The notes under the pieces are model-generated. The model was not told where the DNA came from and made no database searches. It worked only from the letters and a program-made list of their open reading frames with translations. From an uncultured Acidimicrobiia bacterium (GTDB taxonomy: Bacteria; Actinomycetota; Acidimicrobiia; Spongiisociales; UBA4744), in assembly GCA_964633745.1 (NCBI GenBank), contig CAZWHZ010000001.1, forward strand, positions 6,406 through 70,405: a stretch of DNA of 64,000 bases, given 5' to 3'. The first letter of the stretch is position 1; each line of letters opens with the position of its first letter. Shown here piece by piece: positions 10,263 through 20,884 of the stretch. The position numbers and the translations under genes were made by a program.

Positions 10263-10293
10263 CCGGCCGAGTGCTCGTAGGGTCATATCCGCC

Positions 10294-11217
10294 ATGCGTT
10301 TCTCCATTCTGTTCCCGGGTCAAGGCAGTCAGTTCGTCGGCATGGGTGCCGAACTGTTCGAGGCGCGGCCGGATCTTCTCGGTGACGCAGCCGACGAGGT
10401 ACTTGGCTGGTCGCTCCGCGAGGCCTGCCTCAACGGACCCGACGAAGCACTCACTCGCACTGATAGGGCTCAGCCAGCACTCTTCGCTCTCGCGTATGCA
10501 ACGTGGGCCGAGTTCTCTCGCCTGCTGGAACATGCACCGGCGGCGGCAGCAGGGCACTCACTTGGCGAGTACACGGCACTGACCGCTGCGGGTGCGTTCG
10601 ACTACCAGACGGCTCTGCGGCTCGTTTCACTGCGGGGGGAGGCAATGGCTCGAGCGGCGGAGGAAGAACCATCGGGGATGGCGGCGCTCATCGGCCTTGA
10701 CCGGGCTGGTGCCGATTCGGTGTGCGAGCGTAGACGCTCCGAAGGTGGGCGCTTGTGGGTAGCCAACATCAACGCGCCCGGACAGATCGTCGTGGCAGGG
10801 GGCATCAAAGACATCGAGTGGGCTCTGGAGAACGGGAAAGCGCTTGGGGTACGGCGTGTGATACCCCTCAACGTCGCCGGCGCGTTCCACTCGCCGTTCA
10901 TGGCAGGTGCTGCGGCGGCCGTGGAGGATGCTGTCCGTTCGGCAGAGATCGGACCCTTCTCATTCCCGGTGTACGCAAATGTGACGGCACGCCCCTACTC
11001 TGAGGAGCAGGTTGCGGACCTCCTCGGCCGTCAGGTCGTTGAACCGGTGAGATTCGCCGAGTCGATCGCCGCCATGGACGTGGACGTTTTCGTGCACGTT
11101 GGACCCGGCGATGTGACCGCAGGGATGGCGAGACGAACGGTGACGGATGCCACCGTGTTGGTGGCATCCGATCCGGACTCATGGGAAGCCGCCGCACGAC
11201 GACTGAACGAGGGATGA
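10294..11217 (+). CDS. fabD: malonyl-CoA:ACP transacylase
   Basis: FPGQGSQ...GHSLGEYTAL active-site motifs. Confidence 0.85.
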   Translation: MRFSILFPGQGSQFVGMGAELFEARPDLLGDAADEVLGWSLREACLNGPDEALTRTDRAQPALFALAYATWAEFSRLLEHAPAAAAGHSLGEYTALTAAGAFDYQTALRLVSLRGEAMARAAEEEPSGMAALIGLDRAGADSVCERRRSEGGRLWVANINAPGQIVVAGGIKDIEWALENGKALGVRRVIPLNVAGAFHSPFMAGAAAAVEDAVRSAEIGPFSFPVYANVTARPYSEEQVADLLGRQVVEPVRFAESIAAMDVDVFVHVGPGDVTAGMARRTVTDATVLVASDPDSWEAAARRLNEG

Positions 11218-12296
11218 TGGCGAACGCGACGATCACGGGATGGGGCAGGTGCACGCCACCGACGATTCTGTCCAATGCAGACCTGGAGAAGCTGACCAAC
11301 ACGTCCGACGAGTGGATCACGACGCGCACCGGAATCAAGGAGCGGCGGATTTCTCACGTCTCGACGTCCGACATGGCGGAGGTCGCGTCGCGAAGGGCCA
11401 TCGCCTCAGCTGGTCTCGAGCCCTCGGACATCGACCTCATCATCATGACGACGTGTACCGGGGACACGGTGATCCCCAGCCCGGCCACGCTGCTCCAGGC
11501 GAAGCTCGGAGCAGTCAACGCGGCCGCGTTCGACATGAACGCCGCATGCTCGGGGTGGATCTACGGGCTGCATGTCGGTGGACAGATGATTCAATCGGGC
11601 ATGCACAAAAGGGTGCTGCTGGTCGCTTCTGAGAAGTTGTCGCACTACATCGACTTCACCAACCGGAACACCGCCGTGCTGTTCGGTGATGGGGCCGGAG
11701 CCGTTGTCCTGGAATCGACCGTTGCCGACGAGGGGCTCTTGGCGGCAACCATTGGATCGGATGGCGAGGCTGCATCCCTGCTGTGGGTCCCGGGTGTTGG
11801 CACGTCCGGAGACCGGTACCAGGGCCAGGATCGCTCGCAGTATGCGGTTCTGATGGACGGTCCGGAGGTCTTCAAGCGGGCCGTGAAAGCCATGGGCGCA
11901 GCCGCAACCGAGGTGGTGGAAGCTGCAGGGCTCGAACTCGATGACGTGGACCTGCTCATCCCGCACCAGGCGAATCTCCGCATCATCGACGCAACCGCCA
12001 GACGGCTCAAGCTCGACTCTCGGCAGGTATTCGTCAACATCGCCCGCTATGGGAACACCTCGGCTGCGACAATACCCATGGCACTCACCGAAGCGATCGA
12101 GGAGGGACAAGTCCATCCAGGAGACAACATCGTGTTCGCCGCCTTCGGTGCCGGGCTGACCTGGGCTGCGGCCGTTGTCCGATGGGGTAGTCGAGTGACC
12201 CCTCTGGCGACATCCGATGCCGAGCTCCCGCCGTTCGAAGGCGATGTGTTCGACCTCATGAAGAGCAACGTGCAGTTCTTCGGGAAGGGCGCTTGA
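11214..12296 (+). CDS. fabH: 3-oxoacyl-ACP synthase III
   Basis: ..AACSGW.. active Cys and ..HQAN.. motifs; ATGA overlap with fabD. Confidence 0.85.
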   Translation: MMANATITGWGRCTPPTILSNADLEKLTNTSDEWITTRTGIKERRISHVSTSDMAEVASRRAIASAGLEPSDIDLIIMTTCTGDTVIPSPATLLQAKLGAVNAAAFDMNAACSGWIYGLHVGGQMIQSGMHKRVLLVASEKLSHYIDFTNRNTAVLFGDGAGAVVLESTVADEGLLAATIGSDGEAASLLWVPGVGTSGDRYQGQDRSQYAVLMDGPEVFKRAVKAMGAAATEVVEAAGLELDDVDLLIPHQANLRIIDATARRLKLDSRQVFVNIARYGNTSAATIPMALTEAIEEGQVHPGDNIVFAAFGAGLTWAAAVVRWGSRVTPLATSDAELPPFEGDVFDLMKSNVQFFGKGA

Positions 12297-13033
12297 TCGT
12301 GGGACGGGTCGCGTTGGTCACCGGAGGCTCTCGGGGCATCGGACGTGCCGTCGCACTCATACTCGCCGGTCAGGGCAACGCGATCGCCGTCAACTACCAC
12401 CGTGGCGAGGAGGCGGCTCTCGAGGTCGTTGCCGAGGTGGAGGCCAGAGGTGGCAGGGCGATTCCCGTGCCCGCCGATGTGGGCGATCCCAAGGCAGTCG
12501 AATCGATGTTTGCGGCCGTCGCCGATCAGCTTGGACCTGTGGAGATTCTGGTGAACAACGCGGGAGTACGCCGAGACATGCTGCTGCCGAGGATGGGAAT
12601 CGACGTGTGGGACGAAGTGATCGCGACCAACCTCACATCCGTGTTTCTCTGTACCAAGCGGGCACTGCGATCGATGTTACGGGCGAAGTGGGGCAGGATC
12701 ATCACGGTGGGTTCGGTCGCCGGCATCGCCGGGAATGCCGGTCAGTCCAACTACGCGGCGACGAAGGCCGGAGTGATCGGGTTCACGAAGTCCGTTGCCA
12801 AGGAAGTTGGCTCGCGCGGGATCACGGTGAATGTCGTCGCTCCCGGGTTCGTGGACACGGACATGACGGACGGACTTTCAGACGAGACCAAGGCGGCCGG
12901 TGCGGCTTCGGTCGCGCTGAGGAGATTCGGAACTCCGACCGAAGTCGCGAGCGCGGTCGGCTATCTTGCATCGGAAGAAGCTTCGTACATCTCGGGACAT
13001 GTGCTCGTGGTAGACGGAGGATTGGCCCTCTAG
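12293..13033 (+). CDS. fabG: 3-oxoacyl-ACP reductase (SDR)
   Basis: TGGSRGIG cofactor motif, NAG, YAATKAG catalytic motif; TTG/GTG start overlapping fabH stop. Confidence 0.85.
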   Translation: MIVGRVALVTGGSRGIGRAVALILAGQGNAIAVNYHRGEEAALEVVAEVEARGGRAIPVPADVGDPKAVESMFAAVADQLGPVEILVNNAGVRRDMLLPRMGIDVWDEVIATNLTSVFLCTKRALRSMLRAKWGRIITVGSVAGIAGNAGQSNYAATKAGVIGFTKSVAKEVGSRGITVNVVAPGFVDTDMTDGLSDETKAAGAASVALRRFGTPTEVASAVGYLASEEASYISGHVLVVDGGLAL

Positions 13034-13042
13034 GGAGGAACT

Positions 13043-13288
13043 ATGGATCGGGCAGAAATCGAGAGCAGACTCACCAATCTCCTTGTCACGGAGTTGGGTC
13101 TCGACGAGTCGAAGATCACAACGGACGCGAAGTTCGAGACGGATCTCGAGGTCGATTCGCTTGGAGTGGTTGAGCTTCTGATGGCGATCGAGGATGAGTT
13201 CGGGGTAACGATCCCGGACGAGGAGGCCGAGAGCATCGGTACGGTCGGCCAGGCCGTCGATGTAGTGGCCGCCAAACTGGGAGCCTGA
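13043..13288 (+). CDS. acpP: acyl carrier protein
   Basis: 81 aa, DSL phosphopantetheine site ([16 protein letters not shown]); GGGAGG RBS. Confidence 0.9.
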   Translation: MDRAEIESRLTNLLVTELGLDESKITTDAKFETDLEVDSLGVVELLMAIEDEFGVTIPDEEAESIGTVGQAVDVVAAKLGA

Positions 13289-13293
13289 CCTCG

Positions 13294-14541
13294 ATGGATC
13301 GCCGTCGAGTCGTCGTCACCGGACTCGGGGTGATCAGCCCGATCGGCAGCACGGTCGACGAGTACTGGAACTCGTTGGTTGCCGGTCGCTCCGGCATCGC
13401 GCCCATCACCCAGTTCGATGCATCTGAGCTGCCTGTGCGGTTCGCCGGTGAGGTAAAGGATTTCGATCCCGAGGAGTTCATGGATCGGAGAACGGCGCGC
13501 CGCATGGACCGCTTCGACCAGTTCTTCTATGCGGCAACGGTGGGGGCGATGCTCGACGCAGGTATCGACTACGTGGATGACCCGAACGAGGGAGTGAGGG
13601 CGGGTGCTGTGGTCGGTTCCGGTATCGGGGGTCTGTCATCGATGCAGGAGGGGATGGATACCATGCGCACGCGGGGTGCCGATCGGGTCTCGCCGTACCA
13701 GGTAACTCGTCTCATCGCGAACATGGCGGCGGGCGATGTGTCGATCGGATTCGGTCTGCTTGGACCCGTCACGTGCACGGTGACCGCCTGCGCTGCCTCT
13801 GCCAACGCCATCGGCGACGCCGCCGAGATCATCAGGCGCGGTGCAGCGGATGTGATGGTCGCCGGTGGTTCGGAAGCTCCGATCTGTGAGTTCGGTATCG
13901 CCTCGTTCGCCCAAGCCCGTGCAGTGAGTACTCGCAACGATGACCCGGAGGGTGCGTGCCGTCCATTCGACGCCACGAGGGACGGGTTCGTCATGGCAGA
14001 GGGGGGAGGATCGCTGGTCCTTGAGGAACTCGAACACGCGAAGGCAAGAGGGGCCAAGATCTACGCAGAGCTCCTCGGATACGGCATGTCGTCCGACGCG
14101 TACCACATCACGTTGCCACGTCCCGGTGGCGACGGGGCAGCACGAGCGATGCGGGCCGCGCTCGACGACGCGCGAATGGAGGCATCGCAGGTCGGGTACA
14201 TCAACGCACATGGCACCTCCACACCTGCGAATGATGTCACCGAGACCAGCGCGATCAAGACGGTTTTCGGTGATCATGCAGGTACCGTTGCGATCTCGTC
14301 CACGAAGTCCATGACGGGGCACCTTCTGGGTGGTGCCGGTGCCATCGAGTCGATTGCATCGATTCTCGCGATGCGACGCGGCGTCATTCCGCCGACCATC
14401 AACTATGTCCATCCCGATCCCGAGTGTGACCTCGACTACGTGCCGAACGAAGCGAGGGAGCGAGACTTCCGTGTTGCGATGAGCAACTCGTTCGGTTTCG
14501 GCGGACACAACGCTGTGCTGGTCTTCGGGCGCTACGACTGA
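13294..14541 (+). CDS. fabF: 3-oxoacyl-ACP synthase II
   Basis: 415 aa KAS I/II family with Cys-His-His active-site residues. Confidence 0.9.
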   Translation: MDRRRVVVTGLGVISPIGSTVDEYWNSLVAGRSGIAPITQFDASELPVRFAGEVKDFDPEEFMDRRTARRMDRFDQFFYAATVGAMLDAGIDYVDDPNEGVRAGAVVGSGIGGLSSMQEGMDTMRTRGADRVSPYQVTRLIANMAAGDVSIGFGLLGPVTCTVTACAASANAIGDAAEIIRRGAADVMVAGGSEAPICEFGIASFAQARAVSTRNDDPEGACRPFDATRDGFVMAEGGGSLVLEELEHAKARGAKIYAELLGYGMSSDAYHITLPRPGGDGAARAMRAALDDARMEASQVGYINAHGTSTPANDVTETSAIKTVFGDHAGTVAISSTKSMTGHLLGGAGAIESIASILAMRRGVIPPTINYVHPDPECDLDYVPNEARERDFRVAMSNSFGFGGHNAVLVFGRYD

Positions 14542-14551
14542 CGGCTCGATC

Positions 14552-15157
14552 GTGATCGTGTACCTGGTGAGACACGGCGAGGTCCGCAACCCGCACGGGG
14601 TGGTCTATGCCGGCCTGCCGGGCTTTCCTCTCACCGACAAGGGCGTTGCTCAGGCGCGGGAGGCGGGGGTTCATCTCGCTCCACGGCCGATCGTCGCCGT
14701 CTGGTCGTCGCCACTGGAACGAACCGTGCAGACGGCTGCCGAGATCGCCGCCCACCACGAAGTCGAAGTGAGGACCGACCAGATCTTTGCCGAGTGGCGG
14801 CTTGCCGACCGGTGGGCGGGTGAACGTTGGGAGGACATCCCTTCCGCGGAGAAGGAGGCGTACCTCTCAACGCCATGGGATCTTCCCTTCGCCCCGGAAT
14901 CGCTCGCCGAGATGGGCGATCGGATGCGGAGCGGAGTGGAGCGAGTCTCGGAGCACGCCGGTGGAGACGTTGTGATCGTTTCGCACATGGACCCGATCCA
15001 GGCTGCCCGCCTCGCACTCCTCGGGCTTGCCCTCGAGGACTTCCTCCTTGGGCGTCCTTCACACGCGGAGACGATTTCGTTCGTCCCGGGGTGGAGTGAA
15101 ACGGAGCGGTGGACCCCCTCTGTGACCTCCGACCCGTTCCCCCCATCGTCCGCCTGA
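14552..15157 (+). CDS. histidine phosphatase family protein (phosphoglycerate mutase-like)
   Basis: N-terminal LVRHGE catalytic motif. Confidence 0.7.
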   Translation: MIVYLVRHGEVRNPHGVVYAGLPGFPLTDKGVAQAREAGVHLAPRPIVAVWSSPLERTVQTAAEIAAHHEVEVRTDQIFAEWRLADRWAGERWEDIPSAEKEAYLSTPWDLPFAPESLAEMGDRMRSGVERVSEHAGGDVVIVSHMDPIQAARLALLGLALEDFLLGRPSHAETISFVPGWSETERWTPSVTSDPFPPSSA

Positions 15158-15194
15158 GTCATCCTGCCGGGGCGGGTATCATGATGAGGAGATC

Positions 15195-15515
15195 ATGCCA
15201 CTCGACGAACGCGAACAACGGATCCTCCGGGAGATCGAGCAGGGCCTGTACGCACAGGATCCCTCGCTGGCGCGCAAGGTTGGTCGTCTGAACCGGGTCG
15301 CATCCCGCCGGGGCGTCATCGCAGCCGTCGCGTTCGCCATCGGCATCGCCATAACGCTGGGAACGTTCGCGTTCAGCCCGTGGCTGGCGCTTGGTGGATT
15401 CATCATCGCGGTGCTCGCGGGAAGCGCGTTCCTTCGTGCTCGACGAGCCACCGGACCTTCTGGAAACGCTGATTGGATAGGCCGTTTTCGCGATGGTGGA
15501 TCGAATCGGCAGTGA
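15195..15515 (+). CDS. DUF3040-family small membrane protein
   Basis: MPLDEREQRILREIE... N-terminus then two TM helices, a common actinobacterial family. Confidence 0.6.
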   Translation: MPLDEREQRILREIEQGLYAQDPSLARKVGRLNRVASRRGVIAAVAFAIGIAITLGTFAFSPWLALGGFIIAVLAGSAFLRARRATGPSGNADWIGRFRDGGSNRQ

Positions 15516-15611
15516 CCTTCTCTGCACGCTAGAGTGAAGCCCCCGGCGAGTGGGCCGGAGTGGTTGAGGCGGCGGCTGCGACAGCCGCCATTACATCGGG
15601 AGAGCAGCTTC

Positions 15612-16103
15612 GTGGATGGATTCACGGCCCAACAAGCATGCAACCTGACTGGTTGCACACCCCACCAGTTGCGGTATTGGGATCGCGTTTCCCTCCTTGA
15701 GCCCTCCATCCAAACCACGGGAGGCCGCCCGGGTGTTCGGCGTCTGTACTCGTTCAGAGATCTCGTGGCGCTGAGGGTCATCAGGAGTCTTCTCGACAAC
15801 GGAATGTCGGTGCAGCGCGTCCGTAGGGCATGGGACTACCTACGTCGGAACGGGGGGATGGAAACTCATCTCGCCGAGGTCAAGCTCGTGACAGACGGTC
15901 AGAGCATCTTTTCCATCGCAGAGGATGAGAGCCAGCTTCTGGACGCGCTCCGCGGTGGACAGCTTGCCTTCTTCGTGGCAATCGACTCGATCACGAGGGA
16001 GGTCGAAGAGGATGTCACGAAGTTCGAACTCGATCGTGAGCGTTTCCTCGAGATGATCAGACGCAGTGAGGAAGGCGTGGTGGAGGAAGCCACCGGGTCC
16101 TGA
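15612..16103 (+). CDS. MerR-family transcriptional regulator
   Basis: HTH FTAQQACNLTGCTPHQLRYWDRVSLLEP; GTG 15612 with GGGAGAG RBS preferred over GTG 15534, which has no RBS. Confidence 0.6.
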   Translation: MDGFTAQQACNLTGCTPHQLRYWDRVSLLEPSIQTTGGRPGVRRLYSFRDLVALRVIRSLLDNGMSVQRVRRAWDYLRRNGGMETHLAEVKLVTDGQSIFSIAEDESQLLDALRGGQLAFFVAIDSITREVEEDVTKFELDRERFLEMIRRSEEGVVEEATGS

Positions 16104-16107
16104 ACCT

Positions 16108-18453
16108 CTATCGACGGATCAGGGACCGCAACCCCATCTGGGCCCGCAGGCGGTTTCCAACCGGATGGATGGTCTTGAGGTAGGACTCCGTTTCGATGAA
16201 CGATCGAGTCGCGTTGGCGACGACCTCTCCGTCGAGACGGTCGGATCGTCCGAACCGTTCCTGGGTGACACCCACTGCGAGCGGAACCATCGATCGGTGA
16301 ACCGAGTCTGCTACCTCGATCGGTGTGAACGCGGGTGATGGAGCCTTCTTCAGATCGTCGAGCCGATCGATCAACTCCTCCCAGGCGGCCGAGATGTTCC
16401 CCTGTTTGAGGAGCGCGAGGCGTCGACGTCGTCTGGCGGTCTTGACGAGATACGGAGAGAACAGGATCAGGAGGAGTGCGAGGATCACGATGCGGGCGGG
16501 CGTGAAGAAGGGGCCTCCCACCGCAGGCAAGTCGCCACCTGATCCGATCGGAACATCCGTCCGATCCCCGAAGTCTGGGTTGAAATCGGGATTGGTGGAG
16601 GCACCGCCGGTCGGCTCCGTGGTGTCGGTCGTCTCGGGGGGCGGCGGAATGTACTCGCGGGCATCGAATCCGACGAGGCCCACACTGGATCCACCGGCTC
16701 CGCCGCCTCCTGGTGTCGGGTCGAACCTGACCCACCCCTGGTTGTTCATCCACAACTCGACCCAAGCGTGGGCGTTCCGATCCCGCACGACGATCGTTCC
16801 ATCGGCTTGAACCTGGCCGGGTCCCCAGCCGGTCACGACTCGCGACGGGATCCCGATGGTTCTCGCCATTACTGCCATTGCGGTGGCAAATTGCTCGCAG
16901 TACCCGGTCCGGTAGGAGGGGCTGTCGGTCGCGAACATCCAGTCCGCGAGATCGGTCGAGCTGTGGCCAGGATCGATGTCGAGCGAGTAGGTGAAGTTGG
17001 TCGGGTCGCGGAACCACGCTTCGAGCAGCAGCGCCTTCTCGAATGCGCTCGAACCATCGGCTGTCAGTTCCAGGGCCTTTGTTCGGATGATCGGATCCAA
17101 CTTGGGAAGCTCGAGATCGTCCGACAACGACGCGGGGTGATTGATCGCCGGGGTCGGCACTGCATGGCCATCGAAGACCCTCTCGTCGGCCGCCTCCTGG
17201 AAGATGGGGGTGAGTGTTCCGCCGGCGCTCGCAAGTACGTTGACATCAGGGGTCGGTACCAACGCCGATTCCTGATAGGTGAGGCCCTCGAAAGAGCGAA
17301 TGGTTATGGGAATGGCACCGTCCGTACGTACCCCGTAGCTGTCGTTGAAGATCGCGAGATCCGATCCGAGCCAGGTCGGGGAGTAGAGCACGGGGAGGAA
17401 GTTTTGATGGAGGGCAGCGATCCGGATGGATGCCGATACGGGGGTCGTCGGCCCGAAAAACGCGATCTCCGGGTCCTCCCAGGTGTCTGCGTCAGGCTTC
17501 TTGACTTCTCTCGATCTCGGTATCCAGTTCTGACCGTCGAATTCTTCCAGAGTGATGAGTTCCCAGTAGAGGTCCGACGGGTCCACGTTGCCGTCCACTT
17601 TGGCTGTGAACACGGTGGTGTCGGTGGGTTTCAACAGGTTTTGGCGGATGCTCGTGAACAGGTTGTACGAGACTCCGACAAGCACACCACCTCCGATGCC
17701 GGTGTGGCTGCGCCAGTCTACGAGGCCACTCTTCGGGATCACGTTGGTGACGATGTGGACGCCGCCGAATGCGAGGAGGATCGATGAGGCCATGAAGAGC
17801 GCGGGGTAGGCCAGCGGGGATCGAGTTGTCCGAGAGGAGCGCATCCGAATTGTCGAGTCGAGTTGTCTGTCGCGGGCAATCGCGGCGAGCACGAGCGCGA
17901 TCACGATCAAGAACGCCACCGTCCAGGGCGTCTCTGCCTCGTTCTGATCGATGACGGCGAGTTGGAGGTAGAAGAGGAGCGGCGGTAGGAGTGCGATGAC
18001 CGGGTGATGGGTGCGAATACCCCACGCAGCAAGCGCAGCCAGAACCCAGAAGACGGCCGTCAGGATGATGACAAGACCGGCGACCGGGGAGACCGGCGCG
18101 ATGCCGAACCGGATGATGTCGATACCCAAGCCGATCTCGGATTGGAACGCCTCGAGTGAGCGTGCGGTCGGGACCACGCCGGCCAGCAGAGTGTTCGGGA
18201 CGACGATTCTGAGCGTCACGACGAGCAGCGCGATCAGGTTGGCGGTGATCATCGACCAGCGGCTTCGCATCGCCCACGTGATGATCGCTCCCATGATCGC
18301 CCCCGCGATGATCGCTACCTCCCAGGGGGCGCCTTCGACCGTGGGCCTCAGGAGCCGCCCGAGTCGGAGCAGCGCGAGTACCAGTCCGGCGAAGCCGGCT
18401 AGCCAACTCCAGCGGTTGTCCATTGCATAGCCCTCATCCACGCTTCTGCCCAT
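16108..18453 (-). CDS. transglutaminase-like domain membrane protein (DUF3488 N-terminal TM region + TGase core)
   Basis: Cys-His-Asp core (..YRTGYCEQFA.. ..AHAWVELW.. ..FDPT..); start 18453, or the alternative 18423 which has a better RBS. Confidence 0.8.
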   Translation of the reverse strand: MGRSVDEGYAMDNRWSWLAGFAGLVLALLRLGRLLRPTVEGAPWEVAIIAGAIMGAIITWAMRSRWSMITANLIALLVVTLRIVVPNTLLAGVVPTARSLEAFQSEIGLGIDIIRFGIAPVSPVAGLVIILTAVFWVLAALAAWGIRTHHPVIALLPPLLFYLQLAVIDQNEAETPWTVAFLIVIALVLAAIARDRQLDSTIRMRSSRTTRSPLAYPALFMASSILLAFGGVHIVTNVIPKSGLVDWRSHTGIGGGVLVGVSYNLFTSIRQNLLKPTDTTVFTAKVDGNVDPSDLYWELITLEEFDGQNWIPRSREVKKPDADTWEDPEIAFFGPTTPVSASIRIAALHQNFLPVLYSPTWLGSDLAIFNDSYGVRTDGAIPITIRSFEGLTYQESALVPTPDVNVLASAGGTLTPIFQEAADERVFDGHAVPTPAINHPASLSDDLELPKLDPIIRTKALELTADGSSAFEKALLLEAWFRDPTNFTYSLDIDPGHSSTDLADWMFATDSPSYRTGYCEQFATAMAVMARTIGIPSRVVTGWGPGQVQADGTIVVRDRNAHAWVELWMNNQGWVRFDPTPGGGGAGGSSVGLVGFDAREYIPPPPETTDTTEPTGGASTNPDFNPDFGDRTDVPIGSGGDLPAVGGPFFTPARIVILALLLILFSPYLVKTARRRRRLALLKQGNISAAWEELIDRLDDLKKAPSPAFTPIEVADSVHRSMVPLAVGVTQERFGRSDRLDGEVVANATRSFIETESYLKTIHPVGNRLRAQMGLRSLIRR

Positions 18454-19568
18454 TCCTCTCCCGGGCGGACCGATACCAGTGTCGCCCCGCCGTGACCGAG
18501 TCCGGAAGAAACCGGTCTGAACCCAACGGTGAGCAGCACGACCGCACCGGCATGGTGGGTCAGATGCTGTATCACCGAACCAACTTGTGCGTCGGGACTT
18601 CCCGTCACGATCACGAGTGTCCCCCCAAGTCCCTTGACTCGCAGACGACCGGCAGCTGCGCCGAAGTCGAAGCTACGGAGCGGCTGGAGCACCGCGAGTG
18701 CTCGCATCGCCGCCTGATAGGGGTTTTCCTCGAGGCCGGTGAGATCACCGCCTGCCCAGAGGTTCGCTCCAAGACTCGCCCGAAAGAAGTGATGGACGGC
18801 CGAGGCCGCCCCGCGGATCGCCGTTTCGAATGCTTCAGGGCTGTCATACGACTGCGCTCTGGGGTCGACCACGACGAGTGCTCGGGGTTCCCACGGCGCC
18901 TCGAATTGCCGGATCATCAACTCGTCCCGGCGAGCAGTCGAAGGCCAGTGGACCCGGCGGAGATCGTCACCTGTCTGGTACTCGCGCAAGCTGTAGAAGT
19001 CCTCACCACCCCGGCGCACCGATTCGGTTCGAACCGCCTGGAGGGACGAGTCGGCGCCACGAAGTTGGGGGAGTCCCGTGAGGTGTTCTGTTCTCGGGTA
19101 CACGATCAGTCGATCGACCGCTCCGACCGGTCCCCCAACCTTGATGAATCCGAACGGATCGGTCTTCGAGACGACGGCGGGTCCTACTTCGTGAATCCCC
19201 CTCGTGTGACAGCTAACGTCGTAGACACCGGAGTAGGCAACATCGGGGGCAAGCGACGGGATCCGAAACCGTGCGCTCCCGAGCTGCGTGATCTCGTCCT
19301 CGATGACTGCGTACCGAATGGGCCTCGACTCCGTGGTCGTGACCAGTTCGACGGTGACTGAATCTCCTTCACTCACCAAAGCGGGATGAAGGTGTCGGAC
19401 CACGGTGACACCCGTGATGCTCCGTCGGACGGTCAGCCATCCGACCACCTCCGCGGCGATGAGGAGCAGCGCGAGGGCGACGAGTTCGATGTCGCCGAGG
19501 ACGGCCCACAACACCAAGAGCGCCAGCGCCGCCCCCAGCGCGGCCCACCCCCACTCGGTGATCTTCAC
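18399..19568 (-). CDS. DUF58 domain protein (vWA-like, MoxR-associated)
   Basis: ..DFYSLREYQTGDDLRRVHW.. DUF58 signature; GTG start overlaps the moxR TGA (GTGA). Confidence 0.8.
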   Translation of the reverse strand: MKITEWGWAALGAALALLVLWAVLGDIELVALALLLIAAEVVGWLTVRRSITGVTVVRHLHPALVSEGDSVTVELVTTTESRPIRYAVIEDEITQLGSARFRIPSLAPDVAYSGVYDVSCHTRGIHEVGPAVVSKTDPFGFIKVGGPVGAVDRLIVYPRTEHLTGLPQLRGADSSLQAVRTESVRRGGEDFYSLREYQTGDDLRRVHWPSTARRDELMIRQFEAPWEPRALVVVDPRAQSYDSPEAFETAIRGAASAVHHFFRASLGANLWAGGDLTGLEENPYQAAMRALAVLQPLRSFDFGAAAGRLRVKGLGGTLVIVTGSPDAQVGSVIQHLTHHAGAVVLLTVGFRPVSSGLGHGGATLVSVRPGEEWAEAWMRAMQWTTAGVG

Positions 19569-20536
19569 CCGGTTCTACCTCCGGGGACACGCACATGCTT
19601 GAGCACGCTGTCTATGACCTCGCCGATGGTGGTTCCACGCATGAGCGCTTCGGGGCGGAGCACCATCCTGTGTTCCAGGACAGGTCTGGCGATTGCCTTC
19701 AGATCGTCAGGTGTTGCGAAATCGCGCCGTTGCATGGCTGCCCGTACTCTCGCCACGCGCTGAAGGTGGAGGGCGGCCCGAGGAGACGCTCCGAGCAGGA
19801 GTTCGCCGTGGCGTCTGGTCGCTTCCACGAGGTCGACGATGTACGCCTGGAGCGAGCTCGCGACGTGGATGTTCCGAGCGATATCGGCAAGTTCGAGCAC
19901 ATCGTCGGCGGTTGCCACAGCATCCAGGTCGCCGAAACTGGAGTGCCTTCCGTGCGTCTCCAGCATCTCCATCTCCTTTCCGTGTACCGGATAGCCGACG
20001 ACGAGACGCATCATGAAGCGGTCGAGCTGTGATTCAGGAAGCGGGTACGTGCCCTCGTGCTCCAAAGGGTTCTGCGTCGCGATCACCATGAAGGGTGGTG
20101 GAAGTGGGCGAGTCACACCATCGACGGTCACCTGGAGCTCTTCCATGGCTTCCAGAAGCGCGGCCTGGGTCTTCGGTCCGGCTCTGTTGATCTCGTCACC
20201 CAGGATGATGTTGCCGAAGATCGCCCCCGGCTTGAACTCGAACTCTGATGCTGCACGGTCCCAGATCGACACCCCTGTGATATCCGATGGAAGAAGATCA
20301 GGCGTGAATTGCACCCGGTTGAAACGGCAGTCGAGTGAACGCGCAAGGGACTTGGCCAGCAGCGTCTTGCCGACGCCGGGCACGTCTTCGATGAGCACGT
20401 GACCCTCGGCCATCAGCGACATGACCACCAGCTCGATGACCTCCCGCTTTCCCTGGACGACCTTCTCGACGTTCGAGACGATGGTTTCGAAAAGGTCTGC
20501 GAAGCGATCGATACGGACCGGAATCGTTGCTGTCAA
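19565..20536 (-). CDS. MoxR-family AAA+ ATPase
   Basis: Walker A GVPGVGKT, Walker B ..GDEINRA..; TTG start 6 nt after GAGGAGG; the upstream part of ORF 19565..20899 was rejected. Confidence 0.85.
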   Translation of the reverse strand: MTATIPVRIDRFADLFETIVSNVEKVVQGKREVIELVVMSLMAEGHVLIEDVPGVGKTLLAKSLARSLDCRFNRVQFTPDLLPSDITGVSIWDRAASEFEFKPGAIFGNIILGDEINRAGPKTQAALLEAMEELQVTVDGVTRPLPPPFMVIATQNPLEHEGTYPLPESQLDRFMMRLVVGYPVHGKEMEMLETHGRHSSFGDLDAVATADDVLELADIARNIHVASSLQAYIVDLVEATRRHGELLLGASPRAALHLQRVARVRAAMQRRDFATPDDLKAIARPVLEHRMVLRPEALMRGTTIGEVIDSVLKHVRVPGGRTG

Positions 20537-20650
20537 TGGTACCTCCTCAGGGGAGGTTATCAGCGGTGACGAGATTCGTGCCAGGCCGGTCGTGGACACG
20601 GCGGATGAGTGGTTATGATCTGTGGCAACCCTGGGGATCTGAGGAGGCGT

Positions 20651-20884
20651 GTGGGCGGGGTGACGTGGGCCGTTGCCCGAAGACCTGATCTGTGGCTGCA
20701 CGCTCTTCGCGCGCTGTTCGCTTTCGCGCGCCGAGGATGGTGGCGCCGGTTCCCGTTCCTGCCGGTTCCCGATAGCGGCTATATGGCGTTTCGCCGATTC
20801 ACCGCGTATGGATCGGCGGATCATCCGCTGGCTCCAGTGGACGTCATCGCGTTTCTCGAGTGGCGGCGAACGGTGACGCGATGA
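20651..20884 (+). CDS. hypothetical small W/R-rich protein (77 aa)
   Basis: GTG start 7 nt after GAGGAGG; stop overlaps the ATG of the next ORF (ATGA). Confidence 0.35.
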   Translation: MGGVTWAVARRPDLWLHALRALFAFARRGWWRRFPFLPVPDSGYMAFRRFTAYGSADHPLAPVDVIAFLEWRRTVTR

